Positions 1 through 11,156 of a stretch of 20,000 bases of DNA are shown here, in pieces (the first letter of the stretch is position 1; each line of letters starts with the position of its first letter). The stretch lies in assembly GCA_905331295.1 (NCBI GenBank), contig CAJNYD010000033.1:247443-267442 (forward strand), in the 5' to 3' direction. The position numbers and the translations under genes were made by a program. The DNA comes from Rotaria socialis. Lineage: Eukaryota. The notes beneath the pieces were generated by a model. The model made no database searches and was not told where the DNA came from. It saw nothing but the letters and a program-made list of their open reading frames with translations.

Positions 1-36
1 ATAAGAATTTGTATCATCTATTTTTTTTCTATTCAG

Positions 37-3000
37 TTGAACGACCTAAAAGAAAACCGATCCGGTAAATTTATCAAAAAAATTTTTTCTTATGTTGAGC
101 TATTTAAATATTTGTTCTTGTATAGAACTCCTTACAACGAAGTGATATCTTATTTAAAACGGAAAAGTTTAGTTGTGCAAGGTTTAACAATCTTCGATGT
201 GCTTTATCCAACATCAGTTACAGTCAAAGATCCACATCATATTCAAGTTATAGATCGTTATGTACTTGCAAAAGTTTGGGATGATGTAAGTTTTTGTAGT
301 TAATCATCGTTCAACTTTCTCTTTTGACTTTTGTCATTTTAGATATTACCATTAACATACGGATCATATGTTGGTAAACTACGTTTAGTCAATCATTACG
401 CTGTAGATTTAGAAAAATATGAAGTTAAATTAAAAGAACTTATTGATAATTATCATAAGTAAGATATTTAAATCTATAATTAAATTAGTAAAATTATTTG
501 TCTATATGTAGATTTACTACAGATTTTATTTGGAAACATTTAAGTGATGATGATAAACGAAAGTAAGTAATCTATTACGTAAGAGGGAAAAGAGAAAAGT
601 TTCTAAACATTTAAAATCGTGATTTTCTCGCTTACACTCCTTAGTAACCTAGGACAAATGTTAACAATTGTTGGATACGTTTCCATAGTAACCTATGTCA
701 ACAAACAATAGACTTATTTCTTCAAGTATTAACAACAAGATTAAGATATTTTGATTATTTCTTTGAATCATCATTGTCGAAAATTTTTTTTTACTTGTAT
801 ATTAACTTATAATATAGTCGTGCACTATTGAAGTTATTAATTGAGCAAGAAGCCAGCGTTAGTATTTTGAAGTTTATCAACATATTTAACAGTGTGCTTA
901 AAAACGCTACAGATATAATGGACGTATATAATCGACTTCTTTATTGATTGAGCCAATTATGAGAATGCTAATACGGTTAAATTAAGAAAAATATAATACG
1001 ACCGATTATGTCTCTGATGATCACATATCCTTGAAAAGCTGCATCCTTTTTTTGATTTCGCTTTCTTTATTGTTACACTCGGAAGTGCTTACAAATAATG
1101 CTTTATGCATTCACAGCTATTAGATTGCACAACCATGCGCGATATAAACATACAAGAAACATCATTAAATTATAATAAACCACGTTTTGTAGATAAAATG
1201 TAAAAACATAGGAAAAAAATGAAAAATGGAAAAGAAGGACAACGAAAGAAGAGAAAAGCTAGTAATACCCAGTGAAAAATATTTCGAAAAAAAAACGGAA
1301 TAGAATGGTTTCATGCGGATATGGAAACCTATCTCCTACGTAGAGAATGCGCTCCTTGTTTGAGCGAATGCGTTCAGAGTCAGATAGAAATATTCTCAAT
1401 CTGAAGGGACGCATTCTTTACCGTTCTTTTTTAGTAATATTTTTCACTGGGTAATACGAAAAGGAAAAAGAAAAAGAGAAAAAAGGAGGAACACCGATTT
1501 AAAGAATGATGTGAGTAACATATCAATTAATCACATGGCAGAACTTCCACACACATAAAAATTCAAGCCATTAAAGAAGCAGTGATTGATGTCTTTCACG
1601 CATAAGTCTAACTCGTTTCATTCGAAAAAAGTGTCCCATATGATCATTTTTATTTTTATGAAATGTATTCCAATTTGGAATACATCGTTGTAAAAGGGTG
1701 AAAGACCTATATCTGATTTTTCAATTTGTTCTAATCGTTTCTTTATATATCTTTTTACACATTCTTCTAATGACTCTCCATTTGTTATTTGAAGAAGATC
1801 TGTTGCTCGAGCAAAGGGACAGGAAAGGGTAGAAAGGAAATATCCAGGCAAAATATGGAAAAGTGAAAGCAAAGAAACATCTTCGTAAAACATCGGTTGA
1901 GAGAGTTTTACTACTTTTCATCCATCTTAATTTACTAAACGTTCTTTGAATGTTTTAAAGTGTTTTGTCTATCGTTGGTTTCAAAGACATCTTATTTGTT
2001 CAAGTAAAACCAAGATATTTACATTCTTTAACTATTTCTACTTTTTTACCTTCCATACAGATATAAACTACTGAATTTTGTACTTGAGAGTGAAAAACCT
2101 GCACTACGAATTTTGAGAAATTAACTGGTTGTTTCCATTCTTGGAGCAATACGCTATTTTATTACATATTTTTGTTCTTTCTTCTTCTAAAAACTTAATC
2201 ATCGGCTTAACTCCTCGACATGTAGGTGGGGATATTAGTACGTTGAGATCATCAGCAAAAATATGACTTGAAAAGGCACTTAAACATGTAACAAGATCAC
2301 TATGGTAGACAATGAAAAGATAGGGACTTAAACTACTGCCTTGTGGCAAACCAATGCGAGTTTTAAGTATTTTCGATTTATTCTCTCCAAATATAACATG
2401 CACTCGGCGATCATTCAACCACAAAATAATTAATCTCAATAGTCCTAAGGGTATACTCATTATAATGAGTTTAACAGCAAGACCTTTATGCCATACTTGA
2501 CTGTATGCCTTTTGATAGTCAACATAGACTGCTAGTGTTGGAATATTTGGAGTCATATTGTTTTTAACCTGTTGATATGTAGATAGGACTCTCGTCTGAA
2601 GTAAACAATCTGGACGAAATCCATACTGCTCAGCTGGTACTAGTCTATTAGTTTCTGCCCAGTATCTCAGCCTTTCTAGCATAATTTTTCAAATAATTTT
2701 GAATGTGTTGCTAAAAGTGAAATTGGCCGAGTCTGGTCACAACGAGGTATTCCTACTTTTGATTTATTCAGTGTAGCTACTTTAGCTAATTTCCACATAT
2801 CGGGATATCTATGTTCGTTTAGTCAAGTATTAAAACAATTTACTAAACAACTGATATAACCAGGTGGAATTCTTTCGATTATAAAGTTAGACACGGGATC
2901 GAAACCAGATGATTTTTTCGGTTTCAACTTTAAAATGTGATTTTTTATTTCTGTAAAATTCGTCTTTTTAATATTTTCATTTAATATCGGAAGTTTATTC

Positions 3001-6000
3001 GTCAATTCTGGATACTCTGTTTCAATTTGATTTTCATGGGGAACTGACATACTCGCATTTCGTGCTTTAAACTGTTCCGAATAATAACGATAAAGTTTAT
3101 ATCACTAATTTCGTTTTCTTTTGTCAATACTGTTTTACCGGTATCTAATTTCGAAAAGGGTAGTGATTTATGTTTATATATCCGAGAGAGACTTAACCAA
3201 AAAGCTCTATCTGTGTTGTCATGTGTTTCTTGAATTTTAGACAGAAACTCTTGCCATTTACTCGATTTATATTTTGCAATTTCTATCTTTACTTCACGTG
3301 GCAATACACGTAATAACACTCTTGTCTCTTCATTTGTATTAAATATTGTTCTCTCACGATAATATTTATTTCTTATTCTTTTTACTTCTTTCATTTTTTG
3401 AATAAGATAAGGCGGTAATGATGGACGGAATTTTTCTTTTTCTTTACATTGTGTAAGTCTGACTTTTAGAGCAGCAAGAAAACGTACATAATTCATATAC
3501 CACTCATTAGCTTGCATGCCTCTATTTTGCTCATTTGTCAAAAACTCCTGTAACAGTGTAAGAATGGCTTCATACGCCTTCCAATTCACATGTGGGAACA
3601 TTTTATTCTTATCAAAACCCACATTCGCACATGCTATCAACAGTGGGCAGTGACCACTGGTACCAATTTTCAGAGTCTCTCCTCTTACCTCATCTATATT
3701 TGTAAATGATAGATCAATGTTTCTATTCGAACGTTTTGAAGAATGCAATGTTGATGGAATGTAACAGAGATTATTTTTTTCCACCTATTCCTTCAAGTTT
3801 CTACCTCTTTTATCTGATGACTCACTACCCCATTCTTTTATGGATGCATTGAAATCACCAGTGATAATTGTGTTTTCAATGATATATGTGCTCTAAATCT
3901 TTTAACATCATGATCTGACCTGCTGACCAGTAAAAACGATTACTCTTATTGTTTCATAAAAACCATTAACATCAATAATAACAGTATTTTCAACATTAAT
4001 TTCTATTCTCATACCTTTTTAATGTTTTTCTATTGTTACACATACTCCTCCACTGTTATTTGTACCATGTTGATGAAAAATATTGAAATGAGGCACTCGA
4101 GATGCATTCCACAGCTCCCCGAATTCAGAAAAAAACACAAATAGAGACCTCTACTTTATAAATAATGTCAATTACTTCAAGGCATCTGGACCCCATCCTT
4201 GCACGTTATAACAGAGGATATTTAATGGAGTTCGCCCTGTTTGAATTTCTTTAGGTGAAATATTTTCTAGAGTGCCTGATGTAAACCATTCTGCAAGGAT
4301 TTTTTCCACTAGTTTTTGATCTTTTCCCTGGAATCCCCATTGGCAAAACTATTTCATCGCAGTCTCTGTAGGATTAGCTGTTTGAAAGAGAGAAAAGGGA
4401 TTTGGTTCTACTCTTAAATTTGAAAGTCTGATACTCATCTATTTACTCATATTTTGATCAAGTTCATTGTTCGTAGTGATATTAGGCGATTTTGAAGGTT
4501 ATTGAGATGGCGAGAGCTGTGGCGGTGGAGGTGTACTGCGTTTACGTCGAGCTGAATAGTTCGATTTAGATCACGCAATAACAAATCCACGTTACTTAAT
4601 AGCTTTTGCAATTGTGAGCCATCACGGACCAAATAAAGTCACAAACGATTGATACGCATATAGGTAATAATTTCTCCAGTGTTTCTTGATGAAGTTCCGT
4701 ATCCAGAGCAGATTGATTGACCTTATCGTTAATACGATCTAATTTTTCATCAATACGATCTGTATTCTCCTTCATATCTAAGACATTTTGGTTCATCAAT
4801 GCCAACATTTTTGTTACATCTTCAGTTCCATTCATATTAGCTGTTGTTGCTTGTTGTGCTGAAGCCAGTTTTCACGGTGTAGTATCAGGCATACACTGTG
4901 GTAATGATGGAAATTTATTTTGCTTCGTTTGAAACTCCATCGATCGGGTGCGGTCTTGAGGTATTAATCGGTGTAATTTTCCTGACGATCTTACATTGTT
5001 GACTTGAGCTTTTAATTCTGATCGATATTCTACCACTTTATCACATTTACTAGATAATGACTCATGATCACCATTGCATTGAACGCAGTAAGCTCTATTC
5101 AAACAGATGTGCGTTTGACCATTGATAAGATTTTCAAGATATATACGACAACGGGGATTTTCTAGTTTATATTTATCTCTCATCACCTAAACATCAGCAA
5201 CGAGTACAAAATGTCATACGATTGCCGGCCAGGAATGGAGTAATGGTACAGAGAGTATTTTCAATCGATATTCGACCTAATTTTATCGTAGAATTATATT
5301 CGCGTAAATCTTTAACAACAAATCGGAAATCATTTGTTCTTCGTTGAAAGTGATATTGAATACGTCTAACATTTTCAGCTGATTGAAGATTTCATTCAAT
5401 TTCTTCTTTGACATATTCTTCATTGTACTGGAGTGGTACGCAACGTACTACAAGAGCGAATGCATCAGGAATAAATTTTGGTTTTATGACAGTGCTGTTG
5501 ATATTATTGATTTGTGATGACCATTTATCCGTAGATATTAATGCTGCATACGATTCTTTGCTGTTTACCCCTAATTTTAATTTAATACCTGAATGACCGA
5601 TGAGCAAGAAAGGGATTGAGATTCCTTGTTGTTTGAAGTGATCCTCGAGAATAATTGCTGCTTATATATCGAATGGACGGTTCTTCGAGTTCACATCTTA
5701 ATCATATTCAAATTAAAAAACACGGAAGGCTGCTTGAAACAGCTCGTTTCAGCTGCTCAAATGGGAGATGACCTTGTTGATGTTCTGATGTTTGTGGTTG
5801 GTGTTACTCTAGCGCAAGATCATTATTCAATGGAAGTAACGCCGTTGAAGCTATTGATCTGCTCTCGAGAGAGAAAAGGATGAAGTGGTGAAAAGCTGCA
5901 TCTAGAAATAGTACACTTAAGATATTTTTTGTCACTCGAATGAAACCAACAAGCACAAATAATTTTCTAATTGTAGTTTCCAGGGAACTCCGCTGTCAAG

Positions 6001-9000
6001 TCGTTCTTTTCAATTAGATCAATCTTTATTATTTCTTTATTTGCTTGATTAAAGAATTTTAGTTATATTTCTACGAAAAGAAATTAACATACCTATAAAA
6101 TATATTTTTAGATCTCTATTTCATAAAAAAAAAAAAGAAAAAGACGTGAATCTTCATTATATACTAAAAACGCAAGTTTCTACACGGTTTTTCTTTTGTT
6201 TTAATTTAATCTAATCGAATTCAAATTTCAATTTAGCAATTTTTGTTCCTATAAAATTAATGTCCTTTGACAAATTGTTTATTCCCCAGAGAACCCTAAA
6301 TATTCTAATTTTTTTCCTGACCTTGCCCTAACAAGATCAACTCTAATTAGAAGAATAAGTTTCGAGTTTCATATCGTTCAACATTCAATAAATATCTATT
6401 GTCTTCTAGACTTGGTCCATCTATTCATTGGGATCGTTTATCAAAAGATGAACAAAATAAGTAAATAATCAATCAACTAATATGTCTTTTGCAAAAAATA
6501 AAAATAAATTCTTTCTTTTTTTTTAGAATTACCCAAGAGATAAGAACAGAAGAATATACTAGTCAAAGGTAGACTAAACCTATCTTGAATTTCTCATGCT
6601 GATTTATTTATATTTAATTTAGTGCATTAGAAACTTTTGCTTGGCGAAAGTTGACCGAACAAGAGCAGAATGCGTAAATATATTGAAGTTTAACAATTTT
6701 TTTCGTTTACAATTTTTATCATTATAATAGTCTACTACAAGAACCTGTACCATATCAAGATAAAAATCAAACACTAGTAAAAGCAGCATTAAAAGAAGCC
6801 GAAGCTGAATCAGCATTAAAAGGCATTACTCGTATGGATGTCGAAATTCATCGGGCTATCAAATTCTTACAAATATCAACTGATTTACGCCAATTACAAA
6901 AACGAGCTGATGTAAGTTTTTTTTGTAATAGATCGATCAAATGGAAATAAAGTATAACTATTAATTAGGCGGATGCTAAACCAGCAGTAGAACAAAAACC
7001 AAAAATTAAACAAAAATCATCACAACGCAATTTTCATCAACATGTTATTTGTCGGTTCGATGCTGATGGATTTTTTCATCCTGGTATAAACTATATATGT
7101 TGAGATATCAATCGATCAAAACCTTCTGTTTTCAATTCTTTAAATAGGAACTATACAAAAGCATCCAGATGGCCGAGCAATGATTCGTTTTGACATAGGT
7201 ATAGAACAAGAAGCAGTTGGACATATCCTACTGCCAACTAACGGTGCCATTGCTCAACCGCATTTATATGTAAATGATTGTGTTCTTGTCCGTCGAATCA
7301 ACGGTACTCAAGAATATTGGGCACCTGGTGTTGTTGCAGTTCTTCCATCACCAACTGCTCAACCACCTCCATTATATATGGTACAAGTATATGCACCGTC
7401 GTTATCAGCAGTATGCATATTTATTTAAACAGAATAGAAATAAAAATATTTATTTAGGTACATGTACATCGTCGTGATATACTAAAAATAAGTTTAGGTC
7501 TTTATCAAAGAACAGTTTCATATCTTCAAAGTATTCAGTGAGTAGCTTGTTTAATTTCTTCTATATTTTTCAAAAATAATACTATTTAGTCGTAAACCTC
7601 AATCCCCCGCAGGTAGTATTCCTAAAACACCAGACGAGCTGTCTTTCAAAGGTATATTCTTTTATACTTGAATTAATCAATTTTTCTAATTTTGTGTTCG
7701 ATAATCTTTAGATACCCTTCGTCGTGAACTTGAACCGTTAACAACTAAAGTTGAAAATTTGGATAAATCCAACAAGAAACGTTATGGTCAACTTAAAACA
7801 GTACTAGAGAAATTTCTGAAAAAGAATGAATGCATTTTTGTCTAATTTCTTTCTAGGCACTCGACGATCAAATAAATGCAATTAAAGATTTACAGGAGAA
7901 AACATCGAATAAAGTAGCACGATTGAAACGTGCTTCGCTAGTTTCAATATCATTGGCAACAGATCACGATGAACCTGATCCACCAAAAACGATATCAAGT
8001 CGACGTTCATCAATTGACTCATCTATTCAACCAAATACGCAGGTCTTCGCTCTATGGTTGGAAGACGATCGTTTTGTTTATGAGGTTTGTTAATAATTCG
8101 ATTCAGTTTATTTTCGAAGCAAGTAATTCGAGATTTTCATTTACTACTTAAGAGAGCAAAATACAATTTCTTCACAATTAAATAAAAGAGACTACTGCAG
8201 TTGCCGATTTGCAATACGTTAACTTTTTGTTTGTTTGGTCATTTTAGGGTATTATATTAAATAAGCTAAGCCATTCCAATAGTTATACTGTCAAACGAAT
8301 TGGCTTACCTGGAGTTGAAAGTATTATTTCACGTGAAAATATATTCCTACAAACAGACCTTAGATGTTTAAAAACTTTACATGTAAGTTTCACGAATAGA
8401 AATTTGATTTAAAAAATAGTAAATATTTGTCTTTGCCTTTTCTTTTTTTTTGTGAAATCTAGAGTCCATCATTTGCACTTATTGAATATCCGAAAAACGG
8501 TCGTAATTGTTGGAAACCTGCAGTAATTCTACCTTCGGATGATAAAGAACCGCAAAAATCTGTTCGTTTTTATGATGGCATGGACGATGCTATATCAAAT
8601 AGTAAATATGTATTACCCATCGACCGAGATAAATTTCAAGAGTATGCACAATATCGTATTGACTTCGAAAAATCTCTTATTGGTCAAGTTATAGTTGGTT
8701 TAAATCAAGAAAGAAATATATTTATGTTAGGCACAGTTATTGACCGTGTTGTATATGGTCATAAATATACTATCCGATGGTGTGATGAAAATCAAAGTCA
8801 ACAAGACGAAGAATATTTATATGGCGCATTCATTCGGCCTATTCGACATCAGATAAACGATATTGTTTTAGCTGTGGATGATCAGCAATGTCTTTATAAA
8901 CTAGCTCGTGTTATACATATTTTGAGTGATAAGAAAAGCATAATTGTTCGCTGTATTGATGCCAAAGAAGATAATAGGTAAATTAGTTTTTTTTTTTTAT

Positions 9001-9147
9001 TAATAAAATTTATTTTTCTTATGAAATTTGATTTCATAATTATTTTTTTCTTTTAGAGATATCGAGGTACCAGCTGCAACTACGTTTGTAATCACGATAC
9101 CAGCTTTTGAATCAATTATTGAAAAACAAAAAAACAACTTAATCTGA
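37..9147 (+). CDS. VWA3B: VWA3B-like protein, 3' portion (C-terminal conserved region plus tandem DUF4537/Tudor-like modules); 5' end lies before the window
   Basis: Hand-spliced GT-AG exons keep one open frame: 37-64, 126-285, 343-458, 512-562, 6410-6460, 6527-6568, 6623-6673, 6731-6911, 6969-7083, 7148-7410, 7458-7537, 7590-7651, 7712-7800, 7857-8084, 8248-8382, 8463-8977, 9057-9147 (TGA). The peptide YLKRKSLVVQGLTIFDVL...IDRYVLAKVWDDILPL...KLRLVNHYAVDLEKYEVKL...FIWKHLSDDDKRK resembles, from recall, the VWA3B C-terminal region. VICRFDADGFFHPGTI...LYVNDCVLV...YWAPGVV resembles DUF4537. Confidence 0.82.
679..692. promoter_or_regulatory. Putative RFX X-box (GTTTCCATAGTAAC) in the VWA3B-like intron
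   Basis: Close match to the X-box consensus GTTNCC-AT-RGNAAC. A 13-bp variant GTTTCCAGGGAAC lies at 5976-5988. Confidence 0.4.
1268..1451. mobile_element. MITE / non-autonomous TIR element nested in the LINE 3' UTR
   Basis: Perfect 18-bp inverted repeat TACCCAGTGAAAAATATT (1266-1283) / AATATTTTTCACTGGGTA (1436-1453). TAATA (or TA) is duplicated on both sides of the CCC...GGG ends. Confidence 0.85.
1560..4240 (-). pseudogene. LINE ORF2: apurinic-like endonuclease plus reverse transcriptase, fragmented
   Basis: APE motifs LNILCYNVQGW (about 4226-4194), IITGDFNA (about 3870-3846), NIDLSF and SGH (degenerate SDH). RT motifs KKSSGFDPV, EQYGFRP, VYVDYQKAY, GLPQGSSLSP, FADDL, FKYLG. Many stops and frameshifts. 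Boundaries are approximate. Confidence 0.92.
4330..5854 (-). pseudogene. LINE ORF1 (gag-like nucleic-acid-binding protein, three Cys/His knuckles, C-terminal coiled coil), fragmented
   Basis: Fragments 5392-5607, 4872-5186 and 4596-4835. Knuckle remnants: CTRC*CLG, RCRI(Y)LENL...H.C, CVQCNGDHESLSSKC. Several stops and frameshifts. Possible start codon decayed to ATA at 5854. The 3' boundary is approximate. Confidence 0.8.
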
Positions 9148-9246
9148 TCATATTTTTTTCTCAATACTTTTTCTTCTTTCTCTTCAGATAAATCATCTGT
9201 CGATTCTTTGAAATTTTCTTTCTGTAAGCATTTTTTTTCTCATGAA

Positions 9247-9266
9247 TTTTTTATTTAAATAAAAAA
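9247..9266. terminator. Palindromic bidirectional poly(A)-signal candidate between the convergent genes
   Basis: TTTTTTATTTAAATAAAAAA is a perfect 20-bp palindrome. It gives AATAAA on + (9258-9263) and on - (9250-9255), inside the 167-bp gap between the two stop codons. Confidence 0.4.
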
Positions 9267-9314
9267 AAAAGAAACGAGAAAGAAGAACATCAAATAATAT
9301 TTATGTTTTTCTAT

Positions 9315-10138
9315 TTACACATACCATTCTTTCGACTCGGTAATATTTGCTTCATTGGTTGTCAATAAAGTTTGACGATAATTGTTTGGTGATAGTATTT
9401 TACCAGTGCAACCATTACCATCTTGATTATCCGAGTTAAGTCTCGTAGTAAAATTTGTACTCTCATCAATCTTATACGAGCCTTTATCTCTGTTACAACA
9501 ATATTTCAATATTGAATAAATAATAATAATAATAATAATTCCACAAGCAATACATCCTATGAGTGAAATTATACTCATTTTTTGAGTTTCTTCCGTTATT
9601 GTTGGTAATGATGTATGTATTAAACTAATATTAGATAATATACTTGTTGTTAAAGGATTAATTGTGGCGTGTACTATGCCATCATCATGATTGATAAGTG
9701 CACGGTTTCTATTTGATGATGATGATAATGTTAATGGAATCGTATCGCTCGTAGTACGTAATGATTGATCAACAGCGGAAAGAACAGCATTATGAGTTTG
9801 AAATGGTATGGAATTTTTCTTGTCCTGAATTTTAGTTGAAGGAAAGCGTGGTGATGAATGAAGAATAGAAAAACCGCTTGATGAGTAATAAGTAGTTTGT
9901 TGATGTTCACAATACGATAGATTTAATACTGATGAAACAGAAGAGGAAGATGACAAGGACGATGAAAACTGACTGGAAACGTAAAAATAATAATGATGAC
10001 TGTTGGGTATTGAAACTGAAAAGAAAAAAAAGAGAGAAGCTGTTTTCTTTTTGTTTTTCCTTTTGATGAAGAGACAAGTATATAGACAAGTAAAAATCTA
10101 TCTATCAAACTCGAATGAATACTTCTTCTTATCGTCAT
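9315..10138 (-). CDS. Short neurexin-like single-pass membrane protein (Ser/Thr-rich stalk, TM, 4.1-binding motif, PDZ ligand KEWYV)
   Basis: Main exon 10015-9315 follows the acceptor TTTTCTTTTCAG. TM segment IISLIGCIACGIIIIIIIYSIL is followed by KY..NRDKGSYKIDES (neurexin/syndecan/glycophorin C 4.1m motif) and C-terminal KEWYV, as in invertebrate neurexin-1. The first exon (ATG at 10138) and its donor are tentative. Confidence 0.8.
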
Positions 10139-10557
10139 GCAAGATCTAAACTGACAGAAATAAAACATAAAAATGCCGATGATGTTGATGGCAATTTGAT
10201 AGAACGACAGAGAGACTCTATTAGAGTAAAAAGATTCAGCTTTCTTTTATTTTTGCATGTCAGAGAATGACGATTCCATAATAATTCACTCCGATGATGA
10301 GAACGAAAAGATACTGATGCAGAGGAATTATAATAATTTTTTTTGGCGCAAACAAGAAGAAAGAGGAAGACACGCATATACAGAAAACAATACAGGCAAG
10401 CATTATTGGAAAAGAAATAGAATGTCATCTCATCATTCAGTGAATCGAGCAAAAAACTAATGTATTCATAAAAAAAAATAGACTACTTTTTTGTTCAACT
10501 TTCTCTGAATTAAAGGTCGAGTACAGAACACAAAAGACAGACCAGAGAATTAGAGGG

Positions 10558-10859
10558 GTGTACAAGGACTGAGAATTAGAAATTCCTCCCCAGTTTCCCT
10601 ACAGTTCATTGCATACTAAAGGTAAAAATATGGAATATTCACAATGATTTTTGCTCTTACACTCATCTTCACCTACAAAATTGTGAGAATCAATAGTTCC
10701 GTGCACAAATTATTTTAAAAAAAGTAATATCGTGACTCTCGTGAATTGTGGAACTGCGAGGGAACCAATGGTTGATTCCTATTTTCTCTAGGAATTATCA
10801 CAGCGGCACTGACAATTCCTCGGCAGATTAGGAGTTTCTATTTCTCCGTTCTTGGACAC
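10558..10859. mobile_element. Degenerate MITE-like element (about 300 bp)
   Basis: 30-bp inverted repeats at 10558-10587 (GTGTACAAGGACTGAGAATTAGAAATTCCT) and 10830-10859 with 5 mismatches. Interior is non-coding; no clear TSD. Confidence 0.6.
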
Positions 10860-11135
10860 TGCTGGTGACACAAAGCGAAGAAAATCATAAGAAATTGTTC
10901 GATAAAAGCTAGTCTGGTATTTCAGTGAAATCGCAGCATACTGTCACGTTTTCTTTTCTTTTTTTAATCTAGAGATTTTCCAGTTGTAAGCAAAATGTCA
11001 TGGATTAAGGCTTTCAATTACTTCGAGCTGTTTTTATATCAGACAATAATTTTATGTATAATATAGTTATTCCAAGCCTTTGATTCTAATCGAAATATAA
11101 CTTATCATTGATTGGATTGAATAGAAATATCTAAT

Positions 11136-11156
11136 TATATATATATATATATATAT
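11136..11156. repeat. (TA)n microsatellite
   Basis: About 10 TA units. Overlaps one arm of a 14-bp inverted repeat (11127-11140 / 11177-11190). Confidence 0.9.

Larger units (their letters stand above)
1046..5888 (-). mobile_element. Non-LTR retrotransposon (LINE, APE-RT type, Jockey/I-group-like), apparently full length but decayed, antisense within intron 563-6409
   Basis: Flanked by the 14-bp direct repeat TGAAAAGCTGCATC (1032-1045 and 5889-5902). Minus-strand AATAAA near 1066-1071 and an A7 tail at 1047-1053. ORF1 has CCHC knuckles; ORF2 has APE and RT motifs. Confidence 0.93.

Noticed and set aside
2104..2682. RT as a Penelope/Athena, retron, group II intron or DGR enzyme
   Set aside because: The upstream APE domain, CCHC ORF1, poly(A) tail and TSD identify an ordinary non-LTR element.
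4447..5883. ORFs 4717-4932(+), 5408-5596(+), 5626-5883(+) and 4447-4632(-)
   Set aside because: They are antisense or off-frame shadows of LINE ORF1, with no independent motifs.
9315..9956. Syndecan assignment for the TM protein
   Set aside because: It lacks the syndecan EFYA terminus and the RMKKKDEGSY motif. KEWYV matches neurexin.
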